NCBI RefSeq assembly: GCF_963921235.1
Contig: NC_086107.1
Location: 100,318,001 to 100,382,000 of the forward strand
From: Mobula hypostoma
Lineage: Eukaryota
DNA: 64,000 bases
Reading direction: 5' to 3'
Positions 13,201-27,200 of this stretch are shown here, piece after piece (positions within the stretch are counted from its first letter, which is position 1; every line of letters starts with the position of its first letter). A program made the translations under genes and the position numbers. Under the pieces are notes generated by a model. That model had not been told where the DNA came from, made no database searches, and was given only the letters and a program-made list of their open reading frames with translations.

Positions 13201-16200
13201 GAATGGTCCTCTTTATATTTAAACTTTGTGGGTTCAGTCAATAGAACTAACGGCTTACAGAAGTGATAATCCAGTTTCCCAAACAAATAAACAATGGCTC
13301 CTGAAATTACTTAGCTTCTGTATAGTCATTTCACCTTTATAGTAAAGGCCACACCAGAAGGAGGGAGGGTACAGGAAACAGACTAATGAAAGACATGCTC
13401 AGTGACGCGGTAATTGTCAGAGGTCCATCACTGTTTAGATTACTTGACTTTGCTTAAAGAAGGTCAATAAAGTGACAAAAACCAGCACATCTTACCTTGA
13501 CTGCATCCAACCTTTAGGCCAGATAGGTTTCACCTCAGTTTCCATAAAAGCTTTCAGATAATCCTCTGGTGACTGTGATTTGTTTTGCTCCAGTTCATAA
13601 CATCCCAGCTTTATCTTCACCAGATTACACAGCAAATCCCTGATGAAGTAATGGTAAAGAGATTGTTGTTAATATCTGGGTAGTTTTGGTCAATCACCTT
13701 GCACTGTTGGTTCTCTCTTTTCCCTTAACTTCTCATAGCATGCTCCACCAGCTAGATGTTCATCTTCTCATGAGAAATCAAGTTTGGTCAAATAAACCCA
13801 AGCTATCCAATGTTTCCTCAGAACTACACCCTTCCACTGCTAGGTTCTTGATTAGCCAGGGCATCAATGGGTATGGGGAGAAGGCAGGGAGTGGGGATGA
13901 CTGGAAGAATTGGATCAGCCCATAAATGAATGGCAAAGCAGACTCAAAGGGGTGAATAGCCTACTTCTGCTCCTATATCTTATGATCTTATGAACCAAAA
14001 CTCAAGTGTAGATCTAACCAGTGTTTTTACATAGCTCCAACATGATAGCTCAGCTCTTACATTCAATGCCTCAGCCACAACGGCAAGTATACCAGATGCA
14101 TTTGTCACCTCCCTAACATCCTGTGTTGCCACCTTCAGTGAGATATGAACCTGTACTCTAGGGTCCATCTGTACTTCAATACTCCTAAGATCCCTGCACC
14201 TCTCACTCGCCTGGTTTGAAATCCATTTGCCATTGCTCCACCCAACTTTCCAGCTGACCTTTGTCTTGCTGCATCCTTAGATAACCTTCTTCACTGTTGA
14301 TGACCTTGCCAATTTTTCTGTCATCTTCATACTTACTAATCATACCAACAATATTCTCATCTAAGTCATTTATGTATACTATAAACAATGGAAGTCCCAA
14401 CACTGATCTCTTCAGTACACCACTTGTTATACATTATCAGTCAAAAAAATCATCTTATCCACCACTACCCTCCGCTTCCTATCACCAAGCCAATTTTGGA
14501 TTCTGTTTGCCAACACACCTCAGATGCCTAGTACCTCACCTTCTAGACCAGACTAGCAAAACAGGCCTTATCAAAAGCTTTACTGAAGTCCATGTAAACC
14601 ACATCCTGTCTTCATCAAATTTCTTAATTATCTCCTTAAAAAACTCACTCAACTTAGGATGACATGATCTCCTGGCAGGAAGCCAAGCTGACTTCTCCCT
14701 TCAGTCCCTGCCCTTTCAGGCGAAAATAAATCCTGCTTCTCAGAATCTTCTTCAATAACTTTCCTACCAGCGAAGCAAGGAGCATTAGCATGTGGCTTTC
14801 AGGATCATCCCGACTACCCTGTTTGAACAAGGGGACAGCAACATTCCCCACTCTTCCAGTACTTCACCGATGAAGATACAAAGATCCTCCATCAGAGCCT
14901 CTTACTTCTCATAGACGTTTTAAAATTCGTTATTCAGGTGGGGGGCGTCACTGGCAAGGACTGCATTTATTGCCCATGAGAAAGTGGTATAGTTATCAAC
15001 CTCCATGAACTGTTCAAGGTGTGATGCTTTGTGGTAAAGGCTCACCAACAATAGGAATTGCCAGATTTGGACTTAGTGACAATGGAGGCACAGTGAATGC
15101 ATTTCCAGATCGGGATGGTGTGCAACTTTAAGGGGAACCTCTAGGTGGTAGTGTTTCCTTGTTCTACTTCCTTTGGTAGTAAGATCACATGGTTGAGAGG
15201 TGCGGTCAGATTAACCCCAGTGAGGAACTACAGTGCATTTTGCAGATGGTACACACTATACAAACAGCGCACCAATGGGGATCAAGAAAGTTAACTCTCT
15301 TTGATTTCAGGAGAAGGAAACCAAAGTAAGTACAATCACGAACAAAGTTCAGCAGTGCCTCCACTATCTTAGGAGTTGCCAAAGACTCAACGTGACATCT
15401 AAAATTTTGACAAACTTCTATAGATGTGTGGTGGATAGTATATTGACTGGCCGCACCACAACCTGGTATGGAAGTACCAACGCCCTTGAATGGAAAATCC
15501 TTTAAAAAAAAGTGTGGATACGGCCCGGTTCATCGTGGGTAAAGCCCTCCCCACAACAGAGCACATCTACGTAAAACACTGTTGCAGGAAGGCAGCATCA
15601 GGGACCTCCACCGCGCAGAACACGTTCTCTTCTCGCTGCTGCCATCAGGAAGGTGCTACAGGAGCATAAGGACTCACCCCACCAGGTTCAGGAATAGTTA
15701 TTTCCACTTAACCATCAGGATCTTGGACCAAAGGGGATAATTTCACTCAACTTCACTAAATCATTGAAATGTTCCCACAACCTACAGACTCACTTTCATT
15801 GACTCTTCATCTCATGTGCTCGATATTTACTGTTTAATTAATTATCATTTCTTTATTTTTGTAGTTGCACAGTTTGTGTCTTTTGCACACTGATGAATGC
15901 CTAAGTTGGTGTGCTCTTTCATTGATTCTATTGTGGTTGTTATTCTATTATGGATTTATTGATGTATGCGCACAAGAAAATTAATCTCAGGTTTCTATAT
16001 GGTGACATATATGATAATAAATTTACTTTGAACTATAGTGAAGATATTAAATGGTCAAGGCAGAGGAAGACAGTGCCAAATCAAGTAGATGTTTTGCCCT
16101 GTAAGGTAATGAGCTTCTTCAGTATTATTGCAGCTGTAGAGAAAACGTCATCAAACTCCAGACTTGTGCCTCATAAACAGTGGAAAGGTTTTTGGGTGTC

Positions 16201-19200
16201 AGAAGGCAAATGACTCACCATAGGATACCCAGCCCCAGACCTGCTCCTCAGCCACAATGTGGCTCAAATATTTGAGTTTCTGGTGAATGGCATCCCCTAG
16301 GGTATTGATGCTAGGAGGCTCGATAACACTATTCAGCATCAAGTACAACTGGTTAGCTTCTCTTTTGTCTGGACATTGTCACATGTCGCAATGTACTGTC
16401 TCATTTGCTGGGGAGATGCAAGTGGAATGGAACACTGTGCAGTGAACATCTCCATCTATGACTTTACAAGGACAGAAAAAAAAATGAGCACTCGGTTCAT
16501 TTTCAAGGTAGCATGGAGTGACCAGCAGAATAATGCTAGGGTCATTTTGAAGGGATGATTCAGGAGTGAGATTCAGATACTCTGAGAATTCTGTATTTCC
16601 TAGGGGGCTGTGGATACTTAACGATCAGCCGGGTCCAAAGATGAAATGGATTGATTATCTACCATGTGGAAATGGGAATCAGTGAAAATTGTTGTAAAGG
16701 TTCATGCAAGTTCCACTGAAAGGAAGAACAGACTGGATGGGATGTTTTGGACTGTCAATCTAGATTTGTGTTGGCTTTGGAAGAGGACTTGAGCACAAAA
16801 AAAAATTGGTTCAGAAGCAAAGAAACTTAGTGTCAAAGTACAAAATCTACCAACAACATTCTTGACACTCAAATTGTACAGAAGTGCCAAAGCTAGACAT
16901 TGTGGCCCCTCCGATGATAAGAACTGACTGTATGCTGGACAGAGTAAACCAAGTCTAAAGAAAGACCTCCATATGTCACCATAAAATGGAATTACATCAC
17001 AACGAAAGGTTCGAGATAATTATGTTAATATATTCAGTAGTGACATATATCTTGAATCATACATCCTGTGGAGTATCATTACAAGTCTTCTTAAAGATAC
17101 TTTTCTATACTTTGCATGAAAAGAGACTCCTACATGGCAAATTGCCTCCCAGGTACCAGGGTCAGAGGTGTCTCAGATCTGGTCCACAGCATTCTTAAGG
17201 AGGATGATGTGCAGCCAGAAGTCATGGTATGCACTGATACTAATGACATAGGGTAGGGTAAGGGGATGAGGTCCTGAAGAGCGAATATAGACAGCTAGGT
17301 AGTTAGCTAAAAAGCAGTAACTCAAGGATAGTAAACTCTGGATTTCAGCCTGTGCCGGTAAGGTAATAGGGAAATCCTGGGAATTATAGATCAGTGAGTC
17401 AGGATTCATAGACAAGATTTAAGAGCATTTGGAGAAGCATAGTCTGCATGGAGATAGTCAGCATGGCTTTGTGAAGGGCAGGTCATGCCTCACAAGCCTG
17501 ACTGAATTCTTCGAGGAAGTGACAAAACAAATAGATGAAGGCAGAATAGTAGATGTGGTATATATGGATTTAATTAAGGCATTCAACAAAGTTCTCTGTG
17601 GTAGGCTCATTCATAAAGCCAGGATGCATGGGATCCAGGGAAATTTGGCTGAGTGGATTCAGAATTGGCTTGCCCACAGAAAGCAAAAGGTGGTACTAGA
17701 TGTCGAGAGTATTCTGCCTGGAGGTCAGTGACCAGTGGTGTTCCACAGGAATCTGTTCTGGGATCCCTGCTCTTTGTGATTTTTATTAATGATGGATGGG
17801 GTGGGTTAGTAAGTTTGCAGATGACAGGAAGTTTGGCAGTGGTGTGGACAGTACAGAAGAATGTTGTAGTTTATAACAGGATATTGATAGGATGCACAGC
17901 CGGGCTAAGAAATGGCAGATGGAGTTCAGTCCAGAATAATGTGAGGTGATACACTTTGGAAGGTCAAACCTGAAGGCAGAGCATAGGGTTCTAGCAGCGT
18001 GGAAGACCTTGGGATCCACATCCATAGATCCCGAAAAGTTGCCGCGTAAGTTGATAGGGTAGTTAAGAAGGTGTCTGGTGTGTTGGCCTTCATTAATCAG
18101 GGGATTAAGTTCAAGAGCTACCAAGTAATGCTGTAGCTTTATAAAACTGGTTAAACCACACGGAGTATTGTGTTCAGTCCTGGTCACGTTATAGGATGTG
18201 GAAGCTTTAGAGGATGCAGAGGAGATTTACCAGATTTGTCTGATCCCTCTGAGGAAAGGTTGAGTGAGTCCTTTGGAATGAAGGAGGATGAGAGGTGACT
18301 TTAGATAGAGGTGTATAAGGTGATAAGGCGTATTGATAAGAGTGAGTAGCCAGTGCCTTTTCCCCAGGGCAGAAATAGCTAATATGAGAGGTCATGATTT
18401 TAAGGTGATTGGAGGGAAGTATTGGGGGGGGGGGGGAACCAGAGGTAGTGTGCTTTCTCACTGGACATCGTTTCTAGAATTGTATTTCCAGTTCATCCAG
18501 TAGGTGCTTGAGCTGCTAAGACAGAAAGGACTTCTAATAGATAGAACCTCAATAACAGGAAGCATTTTACGCTCCAGATATTTTCTTTCACTGGCTGTGG
18601 CTGCAGCTTTTCGACAAGAAACACACAGTGCCTGAGTTATGCAACGTGTCAGTTTTTCTCTAGTTCATTCAGATGAATTCATTGCATCAACTGGAACAAA
18701 AATAGGAACTGATGCAAATATACTGAACTTCTGTTAAGCTCTATGAGGAAAGAACGGTTGTGTGTGTGCGTGTGGGGGGGGGTGACTGGTTGCATTAGGA
18801 ACATGTGTACTAGGCACGTAAACATTTAAGTATGAAGAGCAGCAAGGGTGAACATTTCCACAGAGACAATGATGAAGCAAGGGGGAGAGGATGGACATTT
18901 TGGGTTGGATCTGGAGTAATGGGAGGCTTAAGTTCAGGAAGAAAATGAAATTGTAGAGAGATGAAGTAGAATAGAAAATGACAAACAGAATAACATGAAA
19001 GACAGAAATATTGAAAAGGATTAAAAAATTGGCAGGCATTTTGGAAAATGTACAGCAGAAAATTAATGGTGAGATTTAAAACAAAAGAACTATCATGTAT
19101 AGGAAATGGAGGGTTCACACTCAGAACACTATCTGGTACTGTAGGAACCTCAGGAGGGCACTCCACTCCTTCAGCTTGCTTCAATTCAATCAGATCGTGC

Positions 19201-21230
19201 CTGATCTGTGCTTCATATACACATTGTTGGACTTGATACCTTTAACCCAGAAAATATTTCTATTCTGTCTTAAAAATTCCAATGCCCCAACACCTTTTTG
19301 AGAAGGCTGCAGATCTTCCTGCAGAACTACCTAATCGGCTAAGCTACATTTCAACATGCCACTCCTAGCACTCTATTCACCAAGAGAAAAGGTTCCTCAG
19401 TATCTAGGCAATCAAGGCGTCAAAAGATTAAAGATGAAGATAAAAAAGAATATTTCACAGTTAAAATAAAAAGTACAGTAGAAAATGTCATAAATGCTAC
19501 AAAAAACTGTTTATTGACAAAGATAGAATTATTACATAATCTATAGAAGAGGAAACAGATCTCAGGATAAAATAGAAAATTTGAAATTAAATACAAAGCT
19601 TTTATCAATAAGACTGCCCATTATCATTAGTCAAGAATTGATAAAAATCTAACTGATTCTTTGCTATTTTACATGGTTAAGTTTGAGTGCCTCTGGTCAC
19701 AAGCTTGGTTCAGTTATTATTACCCTTGAAAGCCACTCAGTTGTACCAATCCACAGCAAATGATAACAGCCTCATCAGCATCTCTTCACAGCAACTAAGG
19801 ATGGAGATTAAATGCCAGAGGCACGCACACATTCTTCAAAAGTATGTGAACTAGAATTGCATGTACAATAAGCCTAAAACATCAGAGCAAATAACTTAAG
19901 CTGTTGAAATCAAAATTGGTTTTGAGTGGAGTAAAAAACCTAATTTGAACCTGCCGGTTAAAACAAAACTGAACTTTCTGTATATGTCATTTGTGTATTG
20001 CTGAGTGTTCGAGTTAACAGTTTACTGGGTGAAATCCAGCGTGCTATATTAACTATTTTCAGTTAACTGGTGAAGTAGCAGGGCATTTAGCCCATATACA
20101 GTACTGTGCAAAAGTCTGAGGCACATATATATATAGCTAGGGAGCCTCAGACTTTTGTACAGTAATGTAGTAATTTAATGTATTGCTCTGAACTGCTGCC
20201 AAACAAAAAAAAAAATTCAGGACACACGAGTGACGATAAACTTGATTCTGATATGGGTCTCTAGAGTGGGAAGGGGGGCAGGGAGAGGGGAGTCATGGTT
20301 GGGAAGAAGGGAAGGGAGAGGGGAGGGAGCGGGAAGCACCAGAGAGACATTCTGTAATGATCAATAAACCAATTGAGCTTGCCTGGTGTCTCAGGGCTTC
20401 CACCAGATTTACAAACTCACTCTGTGCTCCACATTGACAAATCCAGCATTGTGCAAACGTTGTAGGCACCCTAGCTATATATATGTGCCTAAGACTTTTG
20501 CACAGTGCTGTACACAACCAAAGTCACAGCGAGTCCTTCTGGCAAGTGGATATGCAAGTTCAGACTTATTTATTCTAATCTTTTCTAAAATATAATAGTT
20601 TTCTTAATATTTAAATGTGAATGAAATCTTGTGAAGTAGTGTTGGTTACAGAATAGTTTAACTACATGTTGAGAGACTTTATTGTCATTGGTGGGAAGCT
20701 ATAAAAAGAATAAATTTATATCCAATTTTAATTATGTGGAAAAAAGAATTTATAACAGTAGAAATTTAATTAAAATTAAACTAGGCATGACAACCCGCCT
20801 CAGAGTACTGAAATGTTACGTTTATCCAGTTATGTTATATGGCTCAGAATGTTGGACAATATCTAATAACATGACGAAACAAATTGTAGCAGCAGAGATG
20901 TGGTTTTTGAGAAGGATGCAAAGAATATCATGGATGAAACGAATATCTACCGAGGATGTCATGAACAGAGCAAACACAAAAAGAGAAATAATGTATGAAA
21001 TCATGAAAAGGCAATGTAACTTTACTGGACATGTGATTAGGAAAGAGGAGTTAGAATGCACGGTAATTATGGGAAGGATTGAAGGGAAGAAAGCAAGAGG
21101 ATGACAAAGGCAAATGATGATGGAGACAGCAGCCAGAGAATTGGAAATGAATACCAATGAATTGATCCACTTGACCCAAAACAGGAGTGTGTGGGCCACG
21201 GCAGTCAAAGCTCAAACTGGGCACGGCACT

Positions 21231-21279
<49 letters not shown>

Positions 21280-24200
21280 GATGATGAGAAATTTAAATGT
21301 GAAAAAGCACTATCAGGAGTAATTTATTGCTAAGAAATAGAAGACCACAGACGAAACACTGGTAAAAAGGATTAGAATGGATGGGTAAACAACAGGAATT
21401 CTGCAGATGCTGGAAATTCAAGCAACATACATCAAAGTTGCTGGTGAACGCAGCAGGCCAAGCAGCATCTATAGGAAGAGGCGCAGTCGACGTTTCAGGC
21501 CGAGACCCTTCGTCAGGACTAACTGAAGGAAGAGTGAGTAAGGGATTTGAAAGCTGGAGGGGGAGGGGGAGATGCAAAATGATAGGAGAAGACAGGAGGG
21601 GGAGGGATAGAGCCGAGAGCTGGACAGGTGATAGGCAAAAGGGGATACGAGAGGATCATGGGACAGGAGGCCTAGGGAGAAAGACGGGGGGGGGGTGACC
21701 CAGAGGATGGGCAAGAGGTATATTCAGAGGGACAGAGGGAGAAAAAGGAGAGTGAGAGAAAGAATGTGTGCATAAAAAGGAGTAACAGCTGGGGTACGAG
21801 GGGGAGGTGGGGCCTAGCGGAAGTTAGAGAAGTCAATGTTCATGCCATCAGGTTGGAGGCTACCCAGACGGAATATAAGGTGTTGTTCCTCCAACCTGAG
21901 TGTGGCTTCATCTTTACAGTAGAGGAGGCCGTGGATAGACATGTCAGAATGGGAATGGGATGTGGAATTAAAATGTGTGGCCACTGGGAGATCCTGCTTT
22001 CTCTGGCGGACAGAGCGTAGATGTTCAGCAAAGCGGTCTCCCAGTCTGCGTCGGGTCTCACCAATATATAAAAGGCCACATCGGGAGCACTGGACGCAGT
22101 ATATCACCCCAGTCGACTCACAGGTGAAGTGATGCCTCACCTGGAAGGACTGTTTGGGGCCCTGAATGGTGGTAAGGGAGGAAGTGTAAGGGCATGTGTA
22201 GCACTTGTTCCGCTTACACGGATAAGTGCCAGGAGGGAGATCAGTGGGGAGGGATGGGGGGGACGAATGGACAAGGGAGTTGTGTAGGGAGCGATCCCTG
22301 CGGAATGCAGAGGGGGGGGGAGGGAAAGATGTGCTTAGTGGTGGGATCCCGTTGGAGGTGGCGGAAGTTACGGAGAATAATATGTTGGACCCGGAGGCTG
22401 GTGGGGTGGTAGGTGAGGACCAGGGGAACCCTATTCCTAGTGGGGTGGTGGGAGGATGGAGTGAGAGCAGATGTACGTGAAATGGAGGAGATGCGTTTAA
22501 GAGCAGAGTTGATAGTGGAGGAAGGGAAGCCCCTTTCTTTAAAAAATGAAGACATCTCCCTCGTCCTAGAATGAAAAGCCTCATCCTGAGAGTAGATGCG
22601 GCGGAGACGGAGGAATTGCGAGAAGGGGATGGCGTTTTTGCAAGAGACAGGGTGAGAAGAGGAATAGTCCAGATAGCTGTGAGAGTCAGTAGGCTTATAG
22701 TAGATATCAGTGGATAAGCAGAGGATAAGAATGGATGGGTGTTTAATGGGCTTCAGAGATGGGGTGGGCCCGTATCTGTGCTGTACGACTGTGAGGAAAC
22801 AAAACTATAGAGAAAGGAAATGTTCTTAGGTAGTATATTTTTAAAACAATGTCGATGAGGCCAACCTTAAAAGAATCATCTGACTAATATAATTTCAATA
22901 CTGTTTTTTTGCTACTTCTGTTATCAGCTGTAAATCAGGACACGAAGTATTCTGCCATGTACTTGGCTTTGTGTCATTTCTGAGAATGCAGAAGGATAGA
23001 TTTGAATCAAGTTATCTTCCAACACAGAGTGTAGACCATAGGATGAAATGTTTTATGTATATGTTTCAAATTTAGCATAGAAAAGTATATTTTATGGAGA
23101 AAATAACAGAACAACTTCATATCTTAAAAAAAAAACTGCAGTTTACTGAAGCACGTGTACTGACTGTTCAGTAACCTTGGTCATAGGAGGAACTGATACA
23201 AGCTATGAGTCGCATCACTAGTCTAGTTCAATCCTTTTCTTTTTATTTAACTACCTTTAAATCCACTTCTGGGGAAACGAGAAGTTAGTGCAGCAGTACA
23301 GCATCAAGGTCAAACTCTGGTCTGTCAGCCTCTCCAACAATTGAGAGTCAATAATAAAATTCATTCATCTGAAGGGCATCTCAAAAACAGAATTTGGTGC
23401 AGGTATTAAAAACTAACCAAGGAATAGAGATAAAATGAGAGAAAGCAGCTACAACAAAGGAGATACAATAGAACAGACAACACTTCAGATTCACCTCAGG
23501 ACATAATAAAGTGTTTTTAAAAACACAAACATGAGGATGCTGGAAATTCAAGCAACACAGATCAAAGTTGCTGGTGAACGCAGCAGGCCAGGCAGCATTT
23601 CTAGGAAGAGGTACAGTCGACGTTTCGGGCCGAGACCCTTCGTCAGGACTAACTGAAAGAAGAGCTAGTAAGAGATTTGAAAGTGGGGGGGGGGGAGACC
23701 CAAAATGATAGGAGAAGACAGGAGGGGGAGGGATGGAGCCAAGAGCTGGACAGTTGATTGGCAAAAGGGATATGAGAGGATCATGGGATAGGAGGCCCAG
23801 GGAGAAAGAAAAGGGGGGGAACCCAGAGGATGGGCAAGGGGTATAGTGAGGGGGACAAAGGGAGAAAAAGGAGAGAGAGAAAAAAAATGTGTGTATATAA
23901 ATAAATTAACAGATGGGGTACGAGGGGGAGGGGGGGGCATTAGCGGAAGTTAGAGAAGTCAACATTCATGCCATCAGGTTGGAGGCTACCCAGACGAAAT
24001 ATAAGATGTTGTTCCTCCAACCTGAGTGTGGCTTCATCTTTACAGCAGAAGAGGCCATGGATAGACATATCAGAATGGGAATGGGATGTGGAATTAAAAT
24101 GTGTGGCCACTGGGAGATCCTGCTTTCTCTGGCGGACAGAGCGTAGATGTTCAGCAAAACGATCTCCCAGTCTGCATCGGGTCTCGCCAATATATAGAAG

Positions 24201-27200
24201 ACCACATTGGGAGCACGGGACGCAGTATATCACCCCAGCCGACTCACAGGTGAAGTGTCGCCTCACCTGGAAGGACTGACTGGGGCTCTGAATGGTGGTA
24301 AGAGAGGAAGTGTAAGGGCATGTGTAGCACTTGTTCCACTTGCAAGGATAAGTGCCAGGAGGGAGATCGGTGGGGAGGGATGGGGGGGACGAATGGACAA
24401 GGGAGTCGCGCAGGGAGCAATCCCTGCTGAAAGCATGGGGGGGAGGGAAAGATGTGCTTGGTGGTGGGATCCCGTTGGAGGTGGCGGAAGTTACGGAGAA
24501 TAGTAAGACCATAAGACAAAGGAGCAGAAGTAAGCCATTCGGCCCATCGAGTCTGCTCCGCCATTTTATCATGAGCTGATCCATTTTATCCTATTTAGTC
24601 CCACTGCCCCGCCTTCTTACCATAACCTTTGATGCCCTGGCTACTCAGATACCTATCAATCTCTGCCTTAAATACACCCAATGACTTGGCCTCCACTGCT
24701 GCCCGTGGCAACAAATTCCATAGATTCACCACCCTCTGACTAAAAAAATTTCTTCGCATTTCTGTTCTGAAAGGGCGCCCTTCAATCCTGAAGTCATGCC
24801 CTCTCGTACTAGACTCCCCCATCATGGGAAACAACTTTGCCACATCCACTCTGTCCATGCCTTTTAACATTCGAAATGTTTCTATGAGGTCTCCCCTCAT
24901 TCTTTTAAACTCCAAGGAATACAGTCCAAAAGCGGACAAATGTTCCTCATATGTTAACCCTCTCATTCCCGGAATCATTCTAGTGAATCTTCTCTGTACC
25001 CTCTCCAACATCAGCACATCCTTTCTTAAATAAGGAGACCAAAACTGCCCACAGTACTCCAAGTGAGGCCTCACCAGCGCCTTATAGAGCCTCAACATCA
25101 CATCCCTGCTCCTATACTCTATTCCTCTAGAAATGAATGCCAACATCGCATTCGCCTTCTTCACTACTGACTCAACCTGGAGGTTAACTTTAAGGGAATC
25201 CTGTACGAGGACTCCCAAGTCCCATTGCATCTCAGAACTTTGAATTCTTTCCCCATTTAAATAATCGTCTGCCCGTTTATTTTTTCTGCCAAAGTGCATA
25301 ACCATACACTTTCCAACATTGTACTTCATTTGCCACTTCTCTGCCCATTCTTCCAATCTATCCAAGTCTCTCTGCAGACTCTCTGTTTCCTCAGCACTAC
25401 CGGCCCCTCCACCTATCTTCGTATCATCAGCAAACTTAGCCACAAAGCCATCTATTCCATAATCCAAATCGTTGATGTACAATGTAAAAAGAAGCGGCCC
25501 CAACATTGTTCCCTGTGGAACACCACTGGTAACCGGCAACCAACCAGAATAGGATCCCTTTATTCCCACTCTCTGTTTCCTGCCAATCAGCCAACGCTCT
25601 AACTTTCCTGTAATTCCATGGGCTCTTATCTTGTTAAGTAGCCTCATGTGTGGCACCTTGTCAAAGTCCTTCTAAAAATCCAAATATACAACATCCACTG
25701 CATCTCCCTTGTCTAGCCTACTGGTAATTTCCTCAAAAAATTGTAATAGGTTTGTCAGGCAGGATTTTCCTTTAAGGAATCCATGCTGAGTTCTGCCTAT
25801 CTTGTCATATGCCTCCAGGTACTCTGTAACCTCATCCTTGACAATCGACTCCAACAACTTCCCAACCACCGACGTCAAGCTAACAGGTCTATAATTTCCT
25901 TTTTGCTTCCTTGCCCCCTTCTTAAATAGCGGAGTGACATTTGCAATCTTCCAGTCTTCCGGAACCATGCCAGGATCTATCGACTTTTGAAAGATCATCG
26001 CTAATGCCTCCCCAATCTCCACAGCTACTTCCTTCAGAACACGAGGGTGCATTCCATCTGGTCCAGGAGATTTATCAACCTTTAGCCTATTCAGCTTCCT
26101 GAGTACTTTCTCTGTCGTAATTGTGACTGCACACACTTCTCTTCCCTGCCACCCTTCAGTGTCCGGTATCCTGCTGTCTTCCTCAGTGAAGACTGATGCA
26201 AAATACTTGTTCAGTTCCTCTGCCATCTCCTCATCTCCCATTACAATTTCTCCAGTATCATTTTCTATTGGTCCTATATCTACTCTCACCTGTCTTTTAC
26301 TCTTTATATACTTGAAAAAGCTTTTAGTGACCTCTTTGATATTATTTGCTAGTTTCCTTTCATAGTTAATCTTTTCTCTCTTAATGACTTTCTTGGTTTC
26401 CTTTTGTAAGGTTTTAAAAACTTCCCAATCCTCTGTCTTCCCACTAATTTTTGCTTCCTTGTATGCCCTCTCCTTAGCTTTAACTTTGGCTTTGACTTCT
26501 CTTGTCAACCACGGTTGTATCCTTTTACCGCTCGAAAATTTCTTCTTTTTTGGAATATACCTGTCTTGCACATTCCTCATTTCTCGCATAAACTCCAGCC
26601 ACTGCTGCTCTGCCGTCTTTCCCGCCAGTGTCTCTTTCCAGTCAACTTTGGCCAGTTCCTCTCTCATGCCACTGTAATTTCCTTTACTCCACTGAAACAC
26701 CGACACATCAGATTTTGGCTTCTCTTTTTCTAATTTCACAGCGAACTCAATCATGTTATGATCACTGCCTCCTAAGGGTTCCTTCACCTCAATCTCTCCA
26801 GTCACCTCCGGTTCATTACACAATACCCAATCCAGTACAGCTGATCCCCTAGTGGGCTCAACAACAAGCTGTTCTAAAAAGCCATCTCGCAGACATTCTA
26901 CAAATTCTCTCTCGAGATCCAGTGCCGACCTGATTTTTCCAATCTACTCGTATGTTAAAATCCCCCACAATTATCATAACACTGCCCTTCTGACAAGCCT
27001 TTTCTATTTCCAGTTGTAATTTGTAGTCCACATCCCTGCAGCTGTTTGGAGGCCTATAAATAACTGCCATCAGGGTCCTTTTACCACTGCTATTCCTTAG
27101 CTCAACCCATAAAGATTCTGCACCTTCCGATCCTATATCACCTCTTTCTAATGATTTAATATCATTTCCTACCAATAAAGCCACACCTCCCCCTCTGCCT

